A stretch of DNA of 64,000 nt, from assembly GCA_037379345.1 (NCBI GenBank), contig CM074519.1, positions 40,964,851 through 41,028,850 on the forward strand, read 5' to 3'. The notes below the pieces were generated by a model. That model searched no databases and was not told where the DNA came from. It saw only the letters and a list, made by a program, of their open reading frames with translations. Numbering within the stretch: the first letter of the stretch is position 1; every line of letters begins with the position of its first letter. This DNA is from Perna viridis (taxonomy: Eukaryota). Below are positions 63,476 through 64,000 of this stretch, in pieces. The position numbers and the translations under genes are program-made.

Positions 63476-63603
63476 CTAGATATTTATTTTAAATTGTTAA
63501 CTCTAGATATTAATGAATTGCTTAATCTACAATTACATACTTTGCACACAATGTTGCTGTATCAATATATTTCTCAAATAAAACTATAAATCCGTTATAA
63601 GTA

Positions 63604-64000
63604 AGAGAGTAATAAAGGGAACCAAGGTTATAGCGGAAATCAAACGAATGTAATATAGGGACAAACACCAGACATGGAAAACAGACAACAAAGAATATAA
63701 AGTAACTAAAATCATACATACAAAGTAACAAAAGCAAATGAGCAACTCGGACACTAAAAACTGGGAGCATGGACATGGTGCAACGGTAGGGTAAGCGTCC
63801 TCTGTTTTTCTAGAAACACACGCCGAGTTGCTCATATAAAGTCAAGTCCGGGGTAGACAAACGAGGAAAGGAAAACTATGACCCGTTGAATAAATCAGTT
63901 TTCATGATGCAGATGGATACACCATAACGATCCACGAGTTCATGATGACGACCATAAAACTTCTGCAGTCATGACTTCAATCTTATAGCAACATAACCCT
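63604..64000 (-). mobile_element. Penelope-like copy, 3' end (continues beyond the window)
   Basis: Family tail and 3' UTR, followed by the RT C-terminus (GYVAIRLKS.LQKFYGRHHELVDRYGVSI). Confidence 0.92.

Overview
AT-rich, repeat-dense eukaryotic genomic DNA. It is most likely from a bivalve mollusc, inferred from the repeat families, the short multi-cysteine-cluster TLR and the brainiac-like glycosyltransferase. Host genes, all on the minus strand: coding exon 1 of an UNC119 homologue, an intact intronless Toll-like receptor with a decayed tandem paralogue, an intronless GT31 (brainiac-like) glycosyltransferase, and a pseudogenised multi-exon Ig-Ig-FN3-TM receptor with the TM exon of a tandem paralogue. 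Mobile and repetitive DNA dominates the window. It includes a complete 465-bp TRIM whose LTRs carry a tRNA-like Pol III module, a ~6-kb 43-bp satellite with higher-order structure, and a decayed Ty3/Gypsy element with an extra C2H2 zinc-finger/coiled-coil ORF in the env position. It also includes a 32-bp satellite, about 16 fragments of one Penelope-like (Naiad-type) family with a structured 3' end, a tRNA-like/hammerhead hybrid element, two copies of a headless SINE-like retroposon with TSDs, and a full-length FLYWCH-MULE transposon with TIRs and TSD. One Penelope-like copy ends in a telomerase-like tandem reiteration of its last 38 nt. All calls come from reading the sequence by eye; no database search was run.
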